Part shown: positions 9,959 through 19,924 of the stretch, piece by piece
How the letters are laid out: every line of letters starts with the position of its first letter
Position numbering within the stretch: position 1 is the first letter of the stretch
NCBI GenBank assembly: GCA_030603385.1
Contig: JAUVXW010000016.1
Span: forward strand, 1 to 64,000
Origin: Promethearchaeota archaeon
Lineage (GTDB): Archaea > Asgardarchaeota > Lokiarchaeia > Sigyniarchaeales > SOKP01
DNA: 64,000 nucleotides
Reading direction: 5' to 3'
Made by a program: the position numbers and the translations under genes
Notes under the pieces: model-generated
What the model was told of the DNA's origin: nothing
The model's database searches: none
What the model saw: only the letters and a program-made list of their open reading frames with translations

Positions 9959-11014
9959 TTATTTTGTTTTAACTAGAGCTTCTCTACTGTAAAAATCTAA
10001 CCAATAATTATACATCTCTTTAAGTGTTGCTTCAATTGGAATCGTTGGTTCCCATCCCAATTCGGTTTTAATTTTTGAGCCATCACCTATAATTGTATCC
10101 TCATCTACCTTTCTTAATTTTTGAGGAACATTCTCTACAACTTCAATTTTTTTTTTAGAGAAACTTAAAATAATGTTTAAGAGTTTACGAATTTGAATTT
10201 TTTTACTAGAGCATATATTATATGTTTCACTTGGCTTTCCTTCTGTGGCAGCTAGCCATATTGCATATATTGAATCTTTAATATCGGTGAAATCTCGATA
10301 TGGATCTAAATTTCCTACTTGAATTACAGGATCAGTCAATTCTAATTCGATTTGAGCAACTTTCCTCACAAAATCTGAAGGAGCATCGTTGACTCTTCGA
10401 ATTCCTGTCTGATTAAAGAACCTAAGATTAATAATTTCTATTCCAAAATTTATGTAATATTGACGAGCTAGGAGTTCTGCAGCAATTTTGCTAATACCAT
10501 AAGGATGCAATGCCAAGAGGGGATCACTTTCTTTTAATGGTCTATTAAGTTGAGTGCTTGTACCATATTCTGCGCTTGTACAAGCTAATATAACTCTCGT
10601 TTGTAGTTCGTTTTTTTTTATCGGTTCAAATATATTTATTGTTCCGACAACATTAGTCTCAATTGTACCTACAGGATCTTCCCAAGATGGTGAAATATAT
10701 GGTTGTGCTGCGAAGTGAAATATAAATATTGGATTAACTTCTTTAATTATTTTTTCCAATAACATAGCATTATTTACATCACATTCAAGAATAGTTAATT
10801 TTTTATTATCTGTAGGTATAATTATTGATTCTCCTAAGAATTCGAGTTTCTCATCATTAGTAAATGTTAATTTACCCTTAGTGTAATGAGATAGGTTCCT
10901 ATAGATTTGATCTGGTCTCTCTATAGCATAGATTTCAAATTTTTTTGCTATACAAAAATCAATTAAATGTGCCCCGATAAATCCATTCGCTCCTGTAATA
11001 AGGATTGTTTTCAT
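9959..11014 (-). CDS. GDP-mannose 4,6-dehydratase / GDP-6-deoxy-hexulose reductase (Rmd-like) extended SDR
   Basis: GANGFIG, HFAAQ, YGISK, GNLDPYRDFTD. Confidence 0.8.
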   Translation of the reverse strand: MKTILITGANGFIGAHLIDFCIAKKFEIYAIERPDQIYRNLSHYTKGKLTFTNDEKLEFLGESIIIPTDNKKLTILECDVNNAMLLEKIIKEVNPIFIFHFAAQPYISPSWEDPVGTIETNVVGTINIFEPIKKNELQTRVILACTSAEYGTSTQLNRPLKESDPLLALHPYGISKIAAELLARQYYINFGIEIINLRFFNQTGIRRVNDAPSDFVRKVAQIELELTDPVIQVGNLDPYRDFTDIKDSIYAIWLAATEGKPSETYNICSSKKIQIRKLLNIILSFSKKKIEVVENVPQKLRKVDEDTIIGDGSKIKTELGWEPTIPIEATLKEMYNYWLDFYSREALVKTK

Positions 11015-11230
11015 TTTTATTCACATAAGTTAATTCTGATTGGATTATTCTTTTTGTCATAACTATAATCAATACTGATAAATTTTGATTTTAACATAGT
11101 TTATAAGATTTTATTAAAAATAAGGAATTTGATAATTCAATTATGAGAAAAGTAGCAGTTTCTGTACATGCAATTTTTTAATATTATATAGAATAAATCT
11201 AATTAATTTTAAATCATTGAATAAAATATT

Positions 11231-12202
11231 ATGAACTTTAAAGGAAAGAATATTTTAGTTACTGGAGCGGCGGGATTTATTGGTAGTAATTTAACATATG
11301 AGTTACTTAAATTAGGAGCGAATGTAATTGGGATTGATAATTTATTTAATGGATTAATCGAAAATTTAGAGGAAATTTTAGAAAATAAATCTTTCAAGTT
11401 TATAAAAGGAGACATAAGAGATTTTAACTTTTTGCTGGAAGTATTTAAAGATATTGATATAATTTACCATGAGGCTGCATTTACAAGTGTCCCCCAATCA
11501 ATATTGATGCCAGAATCTTGTAATGACGTCAATGTAAATGGGACCCTAAATATTTTAAATGCGGCTAGAAAAAAAGATGTGGAAAAGATAATTTATGCTT
11601 CAAGCTCTTCTGTATATGGAGAAACTCCTTCTCTTCCTAAAGAAGAAGATATGCCAAGAATACCAATCTCTCCTTACGGCGTATCAAAAATGACATGTGA
11701 AGCATATATGCAAGTTTTCCATCAAGTATATGGAATGAAAACTGTTTCTTTACGCTATTTTAACGTTTTTGGTCCAAGACAAAAAGACTCTCCCTATAGT
11801 GGAGTAATAGCAATTTGGTTAGGAAGAATTATTGATAATAAAGAATTAATAATATTTGGGGATGGGGAACAGTCAAGAGATTTTACTTATGTTAAAGATG
11901 TTGTTCGGGCAAATCTCTTGGCAGCAGAACATGAAATTTCGGGAGAAATCATAAATTTAGGCGCGGGATCTCCAATCACCCTAACAGAGTTAGGAAAATT
12001 AATGTTAAAACTTACAAATAAAGAAGAGTTAAAAATAGTTTATTCAGATCCTAGATTAGGGGATATTATGCATAGTTTTGCAGATATTTCTAAAGCTAAA
12101 GAACTTTTAAAATTCCAGCCAAAATATACCCAAGAAGAAGGATTAAGAGATTATTTTAAATGGTATTGTAAGAAATATAATAAAAACTTAATAATAAGTT
12201 AG
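11231..12202 (+). CDS. UDP-GlcNAc/UDP-glucose 4-epimerase (WbpP-like) extended SDR
   Basis: GAAGFIG, YASSSSVYG, SPYGVSK, LRYFNVFGPRQ. Confidence 0.85.
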   Translation: MNFKGKNILVTGAAGFIGSNLTYELLKLGANVIGIDNLFNGLIENLEEILENKSFKFIKGDIRDFNFLLEVFKDIDIIYHEAAFTSVPQSILMPESCNDVNVNGTLNILNAARKKDVEKIIYASSSSVYGETPSLPKEEDMPRIPISPYGVSKMTCEAYMQVFHQVYGMKTVSLRYFNVFGPRQKDSPYSGVIAIWLGRIIDNKELIIFGDGEQSRDFTYVKDVVRANLLAAEHEISGEIINLGAGSPITLTELGKLMLKLTNKEELKIVYSDPRLGDIMHSFADISKAKELLKFQPKYTQEEGLRDYFKWYCKKYNKNLIIS

Positions 12203-12269
12203 AAATTTGTAAAGAGAAATAAACTTAGATATTATAACATTTATAAATTTTATTTTAGGAAGATCAACT

Positions 12270-13577
12270 TTAAGAACTAAGTTTATAAATACATCTCCCA
12301 CTTTTCATTTCCCAAATTAACTCAGCTTTATTTAAACAAGAATTCTCAAGTATAAAATTTACAAATTGATCTGGGGTGTAATTAATATAACCCCTTATGT
12401 TTTGAAGTTCTCTTGGATTATGAGCCCCAAAAAACATTTCTTTAACTTTAAGTCTATTTAAGAATTTGATTAGATTTAAATATGTATTCTTTCTCTTTAA
12501 AAAATGATGAAATATAAATAAAGCTAATACTACATCGAATACCGGCTCTCTACTTTGGTAATATTTAAATATTGATTTGGGAATTATCTTAAACTTCTTA
12601 TTTTCTGCTTTTCTTAATTTTTTTAAGAAATATACATAATACAAATTTTCTTCTACACCATAACAATCAAACCCTTCATCCTCCATTTTATGGCAAAAAT
12701 ATCCTAAGTTCGTTCCGATATCGAGAAGTGTTCCTTTAGAAATAGAAAGATTTTCTTTAATTAAAAAAAAACGCTCATCTCCATATTTAAAGGGAAAATC
12801 TTGAAGATCAATATGTGTAACTTTTTGATAAAACATATTATGGCGAGAGAAATAACTTAATTTCTCTTTAAAGCTCATCCATTTTTTATGTCTTACCTTA
12901 ATCTTAGTAGGAATCTCAGGAAGATCTATTGCTTTAGCTAATGAAAGTCCAAACTCTCCATCAACTAATAAAAGCTGTCCATCTCTACCTATATTTATAA
13001 TAATATCATCCAAAATCGTTGATATTTCTAATTTTTCATATAGTTCTTTAGAAGAAGAAAGCTCATTTTTCAATTTACTACTATTCTTTTTGATTTTGGA
13101 ATATAAATCTTCTACTCCACTAAGCTTTTTGGCCCATTCGTCTTTATTTTTGCACCCCCATCTAATCATTCCATTAGATATATCATTTTGAACATTTTGA
13201 AAATATTTTATTTCATCCCATTTCTTCCCTTCACTAAATCTCTGTTTAAAAGCTTGATAAACAGGTAAATCTTCAAATGATTTTTTTTGCTGATCCCATT
13301 TCCCTCTCTTTATTCGGGAGTAAGTATCCCCCTTTTTAAAACCATCTCTTAAATAATACTGTATTTTTTGAGGATTTACATAAGATATTTTGTCAAAATC
13401 TAGTTTGTTAATGTCATATTTTAATTGTCCTATTAATTCTAGAATTTTTTTTTCTATTATAAATTTAAATCTATGAAAAATGTTCCATCCAATAGCTAGT
13501 GGCATACCTATAAAAGGAAGATTATCATTCAGGTCCACAATAAGGTTTTTCGTCTTAGAAATTAAATTCCTCATCAT
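12270..13577 (-). CDS. ParB/Srx-like domain (degenerate) fused to class I SAM methyltransferase, paralog B
   Basis: IGRDGQLLLVDGEFGLSLAK; LLDIGTNLGYF; FDVVLALFIFHH; start taken at ATG 13577 to avoid overlap with upstream paralog. Confidence 0.65.
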   Translation of the reverse strand: MMRNLISKTKNLIVDLNDNLPFIGMPLAIGWNIFHRFKFIIEKKILELIGQLKYDINKLDFDKISYVNPQKIQYYLRDGFKKGDTYSRIKRGKWDQQKKSFEDLPVYQAFKQRFSEGKKWDEIKYFQNVQNDISNGMIRWGCKNKDEWAKKLSGVEDLYSKIKKNSSKLKNELSSSKELYEKLEISTILDDIIINIGRDGQLLLVDGEFGLSLAKAIDLPEIPTKIKVRHKKWMSFKEKLSYFSRHNMFYQKVTHIDLQDFPFKYGDERFFLIKENLSISKGTLLDIGTNLGYFCHKMEDEGFDCYGVEENLYYVYFLKKLRKAENKKFKIIPKSIFKYYQSREPVFDVVLALFIFHHFLKRKNTYLNLIKFLNRLKVKEMFFGAHNPRELQNIRGYINYTPDQFVNFILENSCLNKAELIWEMKSGRCIYKLSS

Positions 13578-13638
13578 TGTTATAGAATAATTATTATTAA
13601 TTATGTTTAAAGTTATCTGAAAAATTATAATTTGTACT

Positions 13639-14985
13639 TTAGGAAGACGTAGCTCCAGTTGTAAGTTTATAAAGGGATCTACCAGTTTTTGTTTTCCCAA
13701 TAAACTTAGCTTTATTTAAACAAGAATTCTCAAGTATAAAATTTACAAACTCATCTGGTTTGTAATTTCGATAGAATTTTTTATTTTTAAATTCTTTACG
13801 ACTATGGCAACCTAAAATTAATTCTTTAACCTTAAGTCTTTTTAAAAATTCAATTAGATTTAAATAAGAGTCTTTTGTCTCTAAAAATTTATGAAATATA
13901 TTAAAAGCTAGTACAACATCGAAAATAAGCTCTTGATTTTTATTATATTCAATTATAGATTCTGGAATTATCTTAAACTTCTTATTTTCCACTTTTTTCA
14001 ATTTTTTTAATAAATACATAAACATCCGATTTTCTTCCACTGCATAACAATTAAATCCCTCGTCCTCAAATTTATGGCAAAAATATCCCAAATTTGCACC
14101 AATATCAAGAAGTGTTCCTTTGGAAATAGAAATATTTTCTCTAATGATATCAAAAGGGATTTCTCCTTGTTTAAAAGGAATATTTCGAAGATCTGGATGT
14201 GAAAGAACTTGATATGGCTTTCCGCGTTGATAGTTTCTGAAAAAAAAAATTAAATTTTTTCTAAAATCCATCCATTTTTTATGTCTTTTAATAATAGTAA
14301 TTGGCACTTTAGGAATATCAAGTAATTTGGCTATTGAAAGTCTATGCTTTCCGTGTACAATTAAAAACTGTCCATCTCTGCCAATATCTACAGTTATATC
14401 ATCAAAAATTGTTTTAATATCGAATTTTGCTAACCAACTCTTGGAAGAAGAAAGCTCCCTTTTTGGTTTAATACCATTCCTTTTAATTTCATAATATAAT
14501 GAATCAAATCTCCTAAACAATTCATCCAATTCTTCTTTATTAGTAAGTCCCCATCTTATTATTCCGTTAGATATATTACGTAGTAAATATTGATAAAGAT
14601 TAGTATCTTCCCACTTTCTCCCCTCTTTAAATCTCTGTTTAGATGTTTGATAAAGAGATGTATTTTCATATGATTTTTTTGATTGATCCCAATCTCCATC
14701 TAATATTCGAGAGTAATGATACCAATGTCTATCCCGAAGGCCGGTTACATATTGTATTTTCTTAGGATCTACCCAATAAGTTTTATTAAAATATAGTTTG
14801 CCATATTTCGATCGGTTTTTTAATAATAGAAATTTTTTTCCTATTATAAATTTAAGACTATAAAGAAGATGATATCCAAATACTAGATACCTTCCTATAG
14901 AAGGATATTTATCTTCCATATTATAAATAAACTCTATCATAGGTCTAAGTTTATTTAGAATATTTTCAAAAATCTGAAACTTCAT
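13639..14985 (-). CDS. ParB/Srx-like domain fused to class I SAM methyltransferase, paralog A
   Basis: IGRDGQFLIVHGKHRLSIAKLL (ParB/Srx G.HR motif); LLDIGANLGYF; FDVVLAFNIFH. Confidence 0.7.
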   Translation of the reverse strand: MKFQIFENILNKLRPMIEFIYNMEDKYPSIGRYLVFGYHLLYSLKFIIGKKFLLLKNRSKYGKLYFNKTYWVDPKKIQYVTGLRDRHWYHYSRILDGDWDQSKKSYENTSLYQTSKQRFKEGRKWEDTNLYQYLLRNISNGIIRWGLTNKEELDELFRRFDSLYYEIKRNGIKPKRELSSSKSWLAKFDIKTIFDDITVDIGRDGQFLIVHGKHRLSIAKLLDIPKVPITIIKRHKKWMDFRKNLIFFFRNYQRGKPYQVLSHPDLRNIPFKQGEIPFDIIRENISISKGTLLDIGANLGYFCHKFEDEGFNCYAVEENRMFMYLLKKLKKVENKKFKIIPESIIEYNKNQELIFDVVLAFNIFHKFLETKDSYLNLIEFLKRLKVKELILGCHSRKEFKNKKFYRNYKPDEFVNFILENSCLNKAKFIGKTKTGRSLYKLTTGATSS

Positions 14986-15182
14986 AAATTTTAATTTGGA
15001 AATAATTGTTATTATTCTCTATCAAATTATAATAAAATTTATATAACTAAAAAAGATACAGTTTAAAAATTTTTTCAAAGTGTAATATCTATTATTGAAT
15101 TAAAAGATTCCGATGTTTTAATAAATTTCTCGTTAGTTTATAAAAAAAGAAATCTGATAAAAAATGTATTTATAATATACGA

Positions 15183-15640
15183 TTAAATTTCTGGCAGATG
15201 GAGACAAATTTTATCATTGACAATTGAATTGCATTTCCTACATTTTGAGAAAGATCGAAACCCAATAGGTTCAATCCCTAAATCTGGAAACTGATCAAAA
15301 ATTTTGAGAGCATCATAAGGGCCATAATATTATGTATCTCATTTCAGTTTCAAAAGTGCTTAAAATAACCCGATCTTTTGGATAGTATTCATCAATTAAA
15401 ACTCGATAAGATTCTATTTTAACTTCATCTAAGATATCTCCAAACTTCTTTTTACCAATTACAGGATTAATGAAAAGGCCATCACAATAAGTTAAACCAG
15501 CCTTCTGTACATATTCATGACCCAAATGAGGAGATTTCTTGTTTGAAACACTACTACTTTATCCCATTTCTTCTCTTTAAATAAAACTCTTGTATCAATT
15601 GGTTTTAAATCTACTTGAGGAGGAGGAAGATCATCAAAGC
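15183..15640 (-). pseudogene. sat: Sulfate adenylyltransferase remnant
   Basis: VVVFQTRN / frameshift ~15532 / PHLGHEYVQK..INPVIGKKK..EMRY / internal deletion / YGPYDALKIFDQFPDLGIEP..CRKC. Confidence 0.85.
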
Positions 15641-15653
15641 ATATAAAGCTTAT

Positions 15654-16754
15654 TTAATCTAACAAAATCTTTTCTCTAATAATGTTTATAATTCTTTTTG
15701 CTGTGTTTCCATCCCATTTTTCAATTATTTGCCCTTTTTTATAATTATTAGATAAAATTCGATTAACATACATTTTAATTTTTTTAAAATCTTTATTAAC
15801 AATAGTATTTGTTCCTTTTTCAACCGTTATGGGTCTTTCTGTATTTTCACGTAGAGTTAACACAGGAATGTTAAGAAATGACGCCTCTTCTTGTATTCCT
15901 CCTGAATCTGTTAATATAAATTTAGAATTTTCCATTAAACTTAAAAACTCCAAGAATCCAACTGGTTCATTAATAAGAATATTTTGTTTTTTTATTTTAG
16001 AAATTAAATTAAATTTTTCCAAATTCTTCTTCGTTCTAGGATGAACAGGAAAGAATAATTTGATTTTTTCTTGAATATAATTCAAAATTTCTATAATTTT
16101 TTCTAAATCTTCTTTATTATCTACATTGGAAGGTCTATGACATGTAATTAATGCATATTTTTTTTTTTCTAAATTATATTTTTTAAGAACTTTAATATTC
16201 CTTGCTCTCTCTAAATTCATTAATAAATTATCTATCATGATATTTCCAACAAAAAAAATCTTTTCTGGAGAGATACCTTCTTTTTTCAAATTAATTTCCG
16301 CACTTTTTTCACTTGTAAATAAATAATCAGATAATTGGTCTGTTAAAATTCGATTAATTTCTTCAGGCATTCTAAAGTCGAAACTTCTTAGTCCGGCTTC
16401 AACATGGGCAACTTCTATGAAGAGTTTTTTAGCTACCAATGCGCATGCAATTGTAGAATTAACATCACCAACGACTATAACTAACTCTGGTGTTCTATCA
16501 GATAAAACTTTTTCAAATTCAATCATAATCTTTGCTGTTTGAATTGCATGGGATGCTGAACCAATATTTAAATGAATATCTGGTTCTGGTATCCCAAAAT
16601 TCTCAAAAAATATTTTAGACATATTATAATCATAATGTTGTCCAGTGTGTATTAACTTAAACTCTATATTTTCTTTTTGAAATTCTTGAATTAATGGAGC
16701 AATTTTCATAAAATTGGGCCTTGCTCCAGCAATTAAATAAATTAAATTTGGCAT
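15654..16754 (-). CDS. wecB: UDP-N-acetylglucosamine 2-epimerase (non-hydrolysing)
   Basis: GARPNFMK, HTGQHYD, HVEAGLRS, PEEINR, TDSGGIQEE, TERP. Confidence 0.95.
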   Translation of the reverse strand: MPNLIYLIAGARPNFMKIAPLIQEFQKENIEFKLIHTGQHYDYNMSKIFFENFGIPEPDIHLNIGSASHAIQTAKIMIEFEKVLSDRTPELVIVVGDVNSTIACALVAKKLFIEVAHVEAGLRSFDFRMPEEINRILTDQLSDYLFTSEKSAEINLKKEGISPEKIFFVGNIMIDNLLMNLERARNIKVLKKYNLEKKKYALITCHRPSNVDNKEDLEKIIEILNYIQEKIKLFFPVHPRTKKNLEKFNLISKIKKQNILINEPVGFLEFLSLMENSKFILTDSGGIQEEASFLNIPVLTLRENTERPITVEKGTNTIVNKDFKKIKMYVNRILSNNYKKGQIIEKWDGNTAKRIINIIREKILLD

Positions 16755-16932
16755 TCTAAATTTAAACTTTTAAATTGGTTTTAAGTAAGAAAAACTAAGA
16801 AATAAATTAAAACTTAATTAAATATAAAGGATTTTGAAAGAAACTTCTATTTGAATTTAAATTATTGATAAAATTAATATCTCATATAAAAATCTATAAT
16901 TTATTAAAAAACTTAAAGCAGTTTCCGTTAAA

Positions 16933-18108
16933 TTGAAGATAAAAATATTAAAAGATCTAATAAAAATAATTATTTCAAATCCACTTAATATTAACATTAT
17001 CTTAAAGGATTTGTTAAAAATTGATGCTAAACCTTACTCAAATCAATATCATTTACAAAAAGGGATTAAATGGTTAATTTTAGCATTTAATAAAACAAAA
17101 GATGATGGTATTTCTTCTGACTATTCATTAAAATCAGGTTGGAAACCTTCCTATCCCGAAACTTCGGGCTATATTATACCTACCTTGATTGAATATTATA
17201 ATATGACACATAAAAATTATATAAAGCATATTTGTAAAAAAATTGCAGAATGGTTAGTATCGATTCAGTTAGAAAATGGTGGATTTCAAGGAGGTTTGAT
17301 TGGTGAAATTATTAAACCCTCTATTTTTAACACTGGTCAAATAATGTTTGGATTAATAGCTGCTTATAAAGAATTTGATGATGAAAAGTATTTAGATAGT
17401 TTAGTAAAAGCTGGTAACTTTTTGGTACAAAATCAAGAAAATGATGGAAATTGGATAAATTATTGTTACAAAAACAAACCTCATACCTATAATGTTAGAG
17501 TTTCATGGGCTTTGTTAGAATTGTATAGAATCACTAAAATTGCTAAATATAAAAATACTGCTATTAAAAATTTAGATTGGGCTCTTATTCAACAAAAAAA
17601 TAACTATTGGTTTGAAAATAATGATCCAAACATTAAATCTAAACCATTGCTCCATTATATAGCTTACACAATTAGAGGTTTCTTAGAATCAGGATTAATT
17701 TTAGAAAACAAAAATTACATTAAAACTGCATTTAGTGTGGCAAATAAACTATTAAATTATTTTGAAAAGCATAATAAATTACCCGCAAGGTTTAATTCTA
17801 ATTGGGAAAGCACAGAATACTTTGCATGTTTAACAGGAATTGCTCAAATCAATATTATTTGGTTTAAATTTTATGATATTTATCATAACCAAAAATTCTT
17901 AATAAATACTCTCAAATTAAATAATTACTTAAAATCAACTCAGATTATTAATAAACATTACAAGGACGTTGATGGTGGTATTAAGGGATCAGATCCTATT
18001 TGGGGAAATTATATGAGATTTACCATTCTTAATTGGGCTGTAAAATTCTTTTGTGATTCATTACTTCTCGAAGAGAAAATAAAGGGAGAGTTAAATGATA
18101 ATGATTAA
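16933..18108 (+). CDS. Alpha/alpha-toroid (prenyltransferase/squalene-cyclase-like repeat) protein of glycan loci
   Basis: YPETSGYIIPTL, FNTGQ, QW-like repeats (IQLENGGF, NQENDGNW, QQKNNYWF). Confidence 0.65.
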   Translation: MKIKILKDLIKIIISNPLNINIILKDLLKIDAKPYSNQYHLQKGIKWLILAFNKTKDDGISSDYSLKSGWKPSYPETSGYIIPTLIEYYNMTHKNYIKHICKKIAEWLVSIQLENGGFQGGLIGEIIKPSIFNTGQIMFGLIAAYKEFDDEKYLDSLVKAGNFLVQNQENDGNWINYCYKNKPHTYNVRVSWALLELYRITKIAKYKNTAIKNLDWALIQQKNNYWFENNDPNIKSKPLLHYIAYTIRGFLESGLILENKNYIKTAFSVANKLLNYFEKHNKLPARFNSNWESTEYFACLTGIAQINIIWFKFYDIYHNQKFLINTLKLNNYLKSTQIINKHYKDVDGGIKGSDPIWGNYMRFTILNWAVKFFCDSLLLEEKIKGELNDND

Positions 18109-18110
18109 CT

Positions 18111-19100
18111 CTACTTTAAATATTCTTCTATCAATTCCAACGGATATAAGTTATTACTTTTTAAATAATCTTCCGTGGAGTAAATAGTAATCCCTATTTC
18201 TGCCAACTTTCTTAAATATATAATGAAATCCCTAAGATTAAACCACCAAGACTCTGCATTTCCTATTTCTCCATGATGTAATATCTTTAAATAATCAAAA
18301 ATCTCCTCCATATACTTACGAATAAAAGGATTTTTCTCTATTCTAGTTTTTGAGATTTTTGGATCATTTGGTTGAACCTCAACTTCGATTATATCACCAT
18401 TTTCTAATTTACATTTTAATTTATAGGTCTCATCGACTTTTACTTTGACTGGAAAAGCATCTTCCATTATGTCCTCTAGATAATGATATTGGGTAGTCCA
18501 AGCAATTGTAATTCCAAGGCCAAAAACTTTTCCATTCAACTCTATTATTTTTGCCCATGGCGAGTTTTTTCCACAAGTTCTATTACCTATATGATGGGTT
18601 TCAGTAACAAATTTAGAAAATTTTCCAAAAGCAGCAACAGAATGGCTTGGATGAATACTTCTATGAATTCCTTTGAATTTTAATAAAGCGTTTGGAATTG
18701 CTCCTGTATAGGCTTTACTTTTCTTATGATCAAAAACAAAATCACCACTTTTACAATGTTTTAATACTCCTCCTCTCATGGGGTTTGTTGGCATTACTAA
18801 AGTCCCCTCTTCCCCTATTACTTCAAGTAATGCTTCAACTACAGTTTTAGGACCTCCTTTAACAAATCTAATACTGCTAAGTGAGCTATGTACCATTACA
18901 ACATCTCCCCTTTCCAACCCAATCTCTTTGAAACCCTTAATTAAATCGACTTTAGTAAAGTGTTTCGATGTCTTTTTCAATGTTTTTTTTTTCTTTTTCG
19001 ATTTTAAACTCTTTTTAATCTGAGAACCCTTTTCTTTGAATTTTTTGAACAATTTTCCACCGTATAAATAAAAATACTTTTTTATACTAAATATTTTCAT
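18111..19100 (-). CDS. AAC(3)-family N-acyltransferase
   Basis: GDVVMVHSSLSSI, GTLVMPT, RSIHPSHSVAAFG, SPW. Confidence 0.85.
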   Translation of the reverse strand: MKIFSIKKYFYLYGGKLFKKFKEKGSQIKKSLKSKKKKKTLKKTSKHFTKVDLIKGFKEIGLERGDVVMVHSSLSSIRFVKGGPKTVVEALLEVIGEEGTLVMPTNPMRGGVLKHCKSGDFVFDHKKSKAYTGAIPNALLKFKGIHRSIHPSHSVAAFGKFSKFVTETHHIGNRTCGKNSPWAKIIELNGKVFGLGITIAWTTQYHYLEDIMEDAFPVKVKVDETYKLKCKLENGDIIEVEVQPNDPKISKTRIEKNPFIRKYMEEIFDYLKILHHGEIGNAESWWFNLRDFIIYLRKLAEIGITIYSTEDYLKSNNLYPLELIEEYLK

Positions 19101-19102
19101 TA

Positions 19103-19792
19103 TTAGACTCTTAAGCCTCCATTAACATGTATTACTTGACCAACTAAATATTTTGATGATATTATATAATTAATAACCTTAAAAATTTCATCAGGATCTC
19201 CAAAATTTTTCAAAGGAATTTTCTCTTTAACCAATTTTTCGATTTTTTCACTCAATTGTAATCCCATTCCTATCTTAAAATAACCTAAAGCAACAGCATT
19301 TACAAATACTTTTCTTTTATGAAGACACTCTAAAGCAAAAGATTTAGTGAATGCCTCAACACCACCTTTTGCTGCTACGTAATTAGAAGCACCAATCATT
19401 CCTGTGCTTCCTAAAATACTCGAAACATTTATAATATGCCCATTATCAACTATTTTTTCAATTCCATATTTACAAGACAAGAAAACAGTCTTTAAATTTG
19501 ATGTTATTACCCTATCCCATTCTTCCTCACTCATATTACATATTAAATTATTCTCAATAGTTCCCATAACATTAATTAAAACATCTAATGAATGAATTTC
19601 TGAAAAGATTTGTTTGGTTTCTTCCTCATTAGTAAAATCACATTTAAAAACCTTTGATTTTGCTTTCATTGTTTCATAAATAGAATTTTTCGAAGTATTA
19701 TATGTAAGATAAAGCTCATTTTCTTCATTGTCAAATTCCTTTGTTAGATACCTGCCAATACCTCCGCTTGCACCACTTATCATAATTTTCAT
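19103..19792 (-). CDS. FabG/PhaB-like short-chain dehydrogenase/reductase
   Basis: GASGGIG, NVSS, YVAAK, GQVIHVNGG; stop 2 nt before AAC(3) start. Confidence 0.85.
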   Translation of the reverse strand: MKIMISGASGGIGRYLTKEFDNEENELYLTYNTSKNSIYETMKAKSKVFKCDFTNEEETKQIFSEIHSLDVLINVMGTIENNLICNMSEEEWDRVITSNLKTVFLSCKYGIEKIVDNGHIINVSSILGSTGMIGASNYVAAKGGVEAFTKSFALECLHKRKVFVNAVALGYFKIGMGLQLSEKIEKLVKEKIPLKNFGDPDEIFKVINYIISSKYLVGQVIHVNGGLRV

Positions 19793-19924
19793 TTAACTGA
19801 CCTATCTAAACTAAATTAATTTTAAATTTAATTCCAAGTCGTAATAACTAAAAAAATTAATAATAGAGTTTAAATTTTCTTTTTAAGAATAAAAAATATT
19901 TTTATCATCTAAAGCAACTTAACA

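Noticed and set aside
16933-18108. Squalene/oxidosqualene cyclase (sterol or hopanoid synthesis)
   Set aside because: Single ~390-aa barrel, no DxDD/DCTAE motif, glycan-locus context
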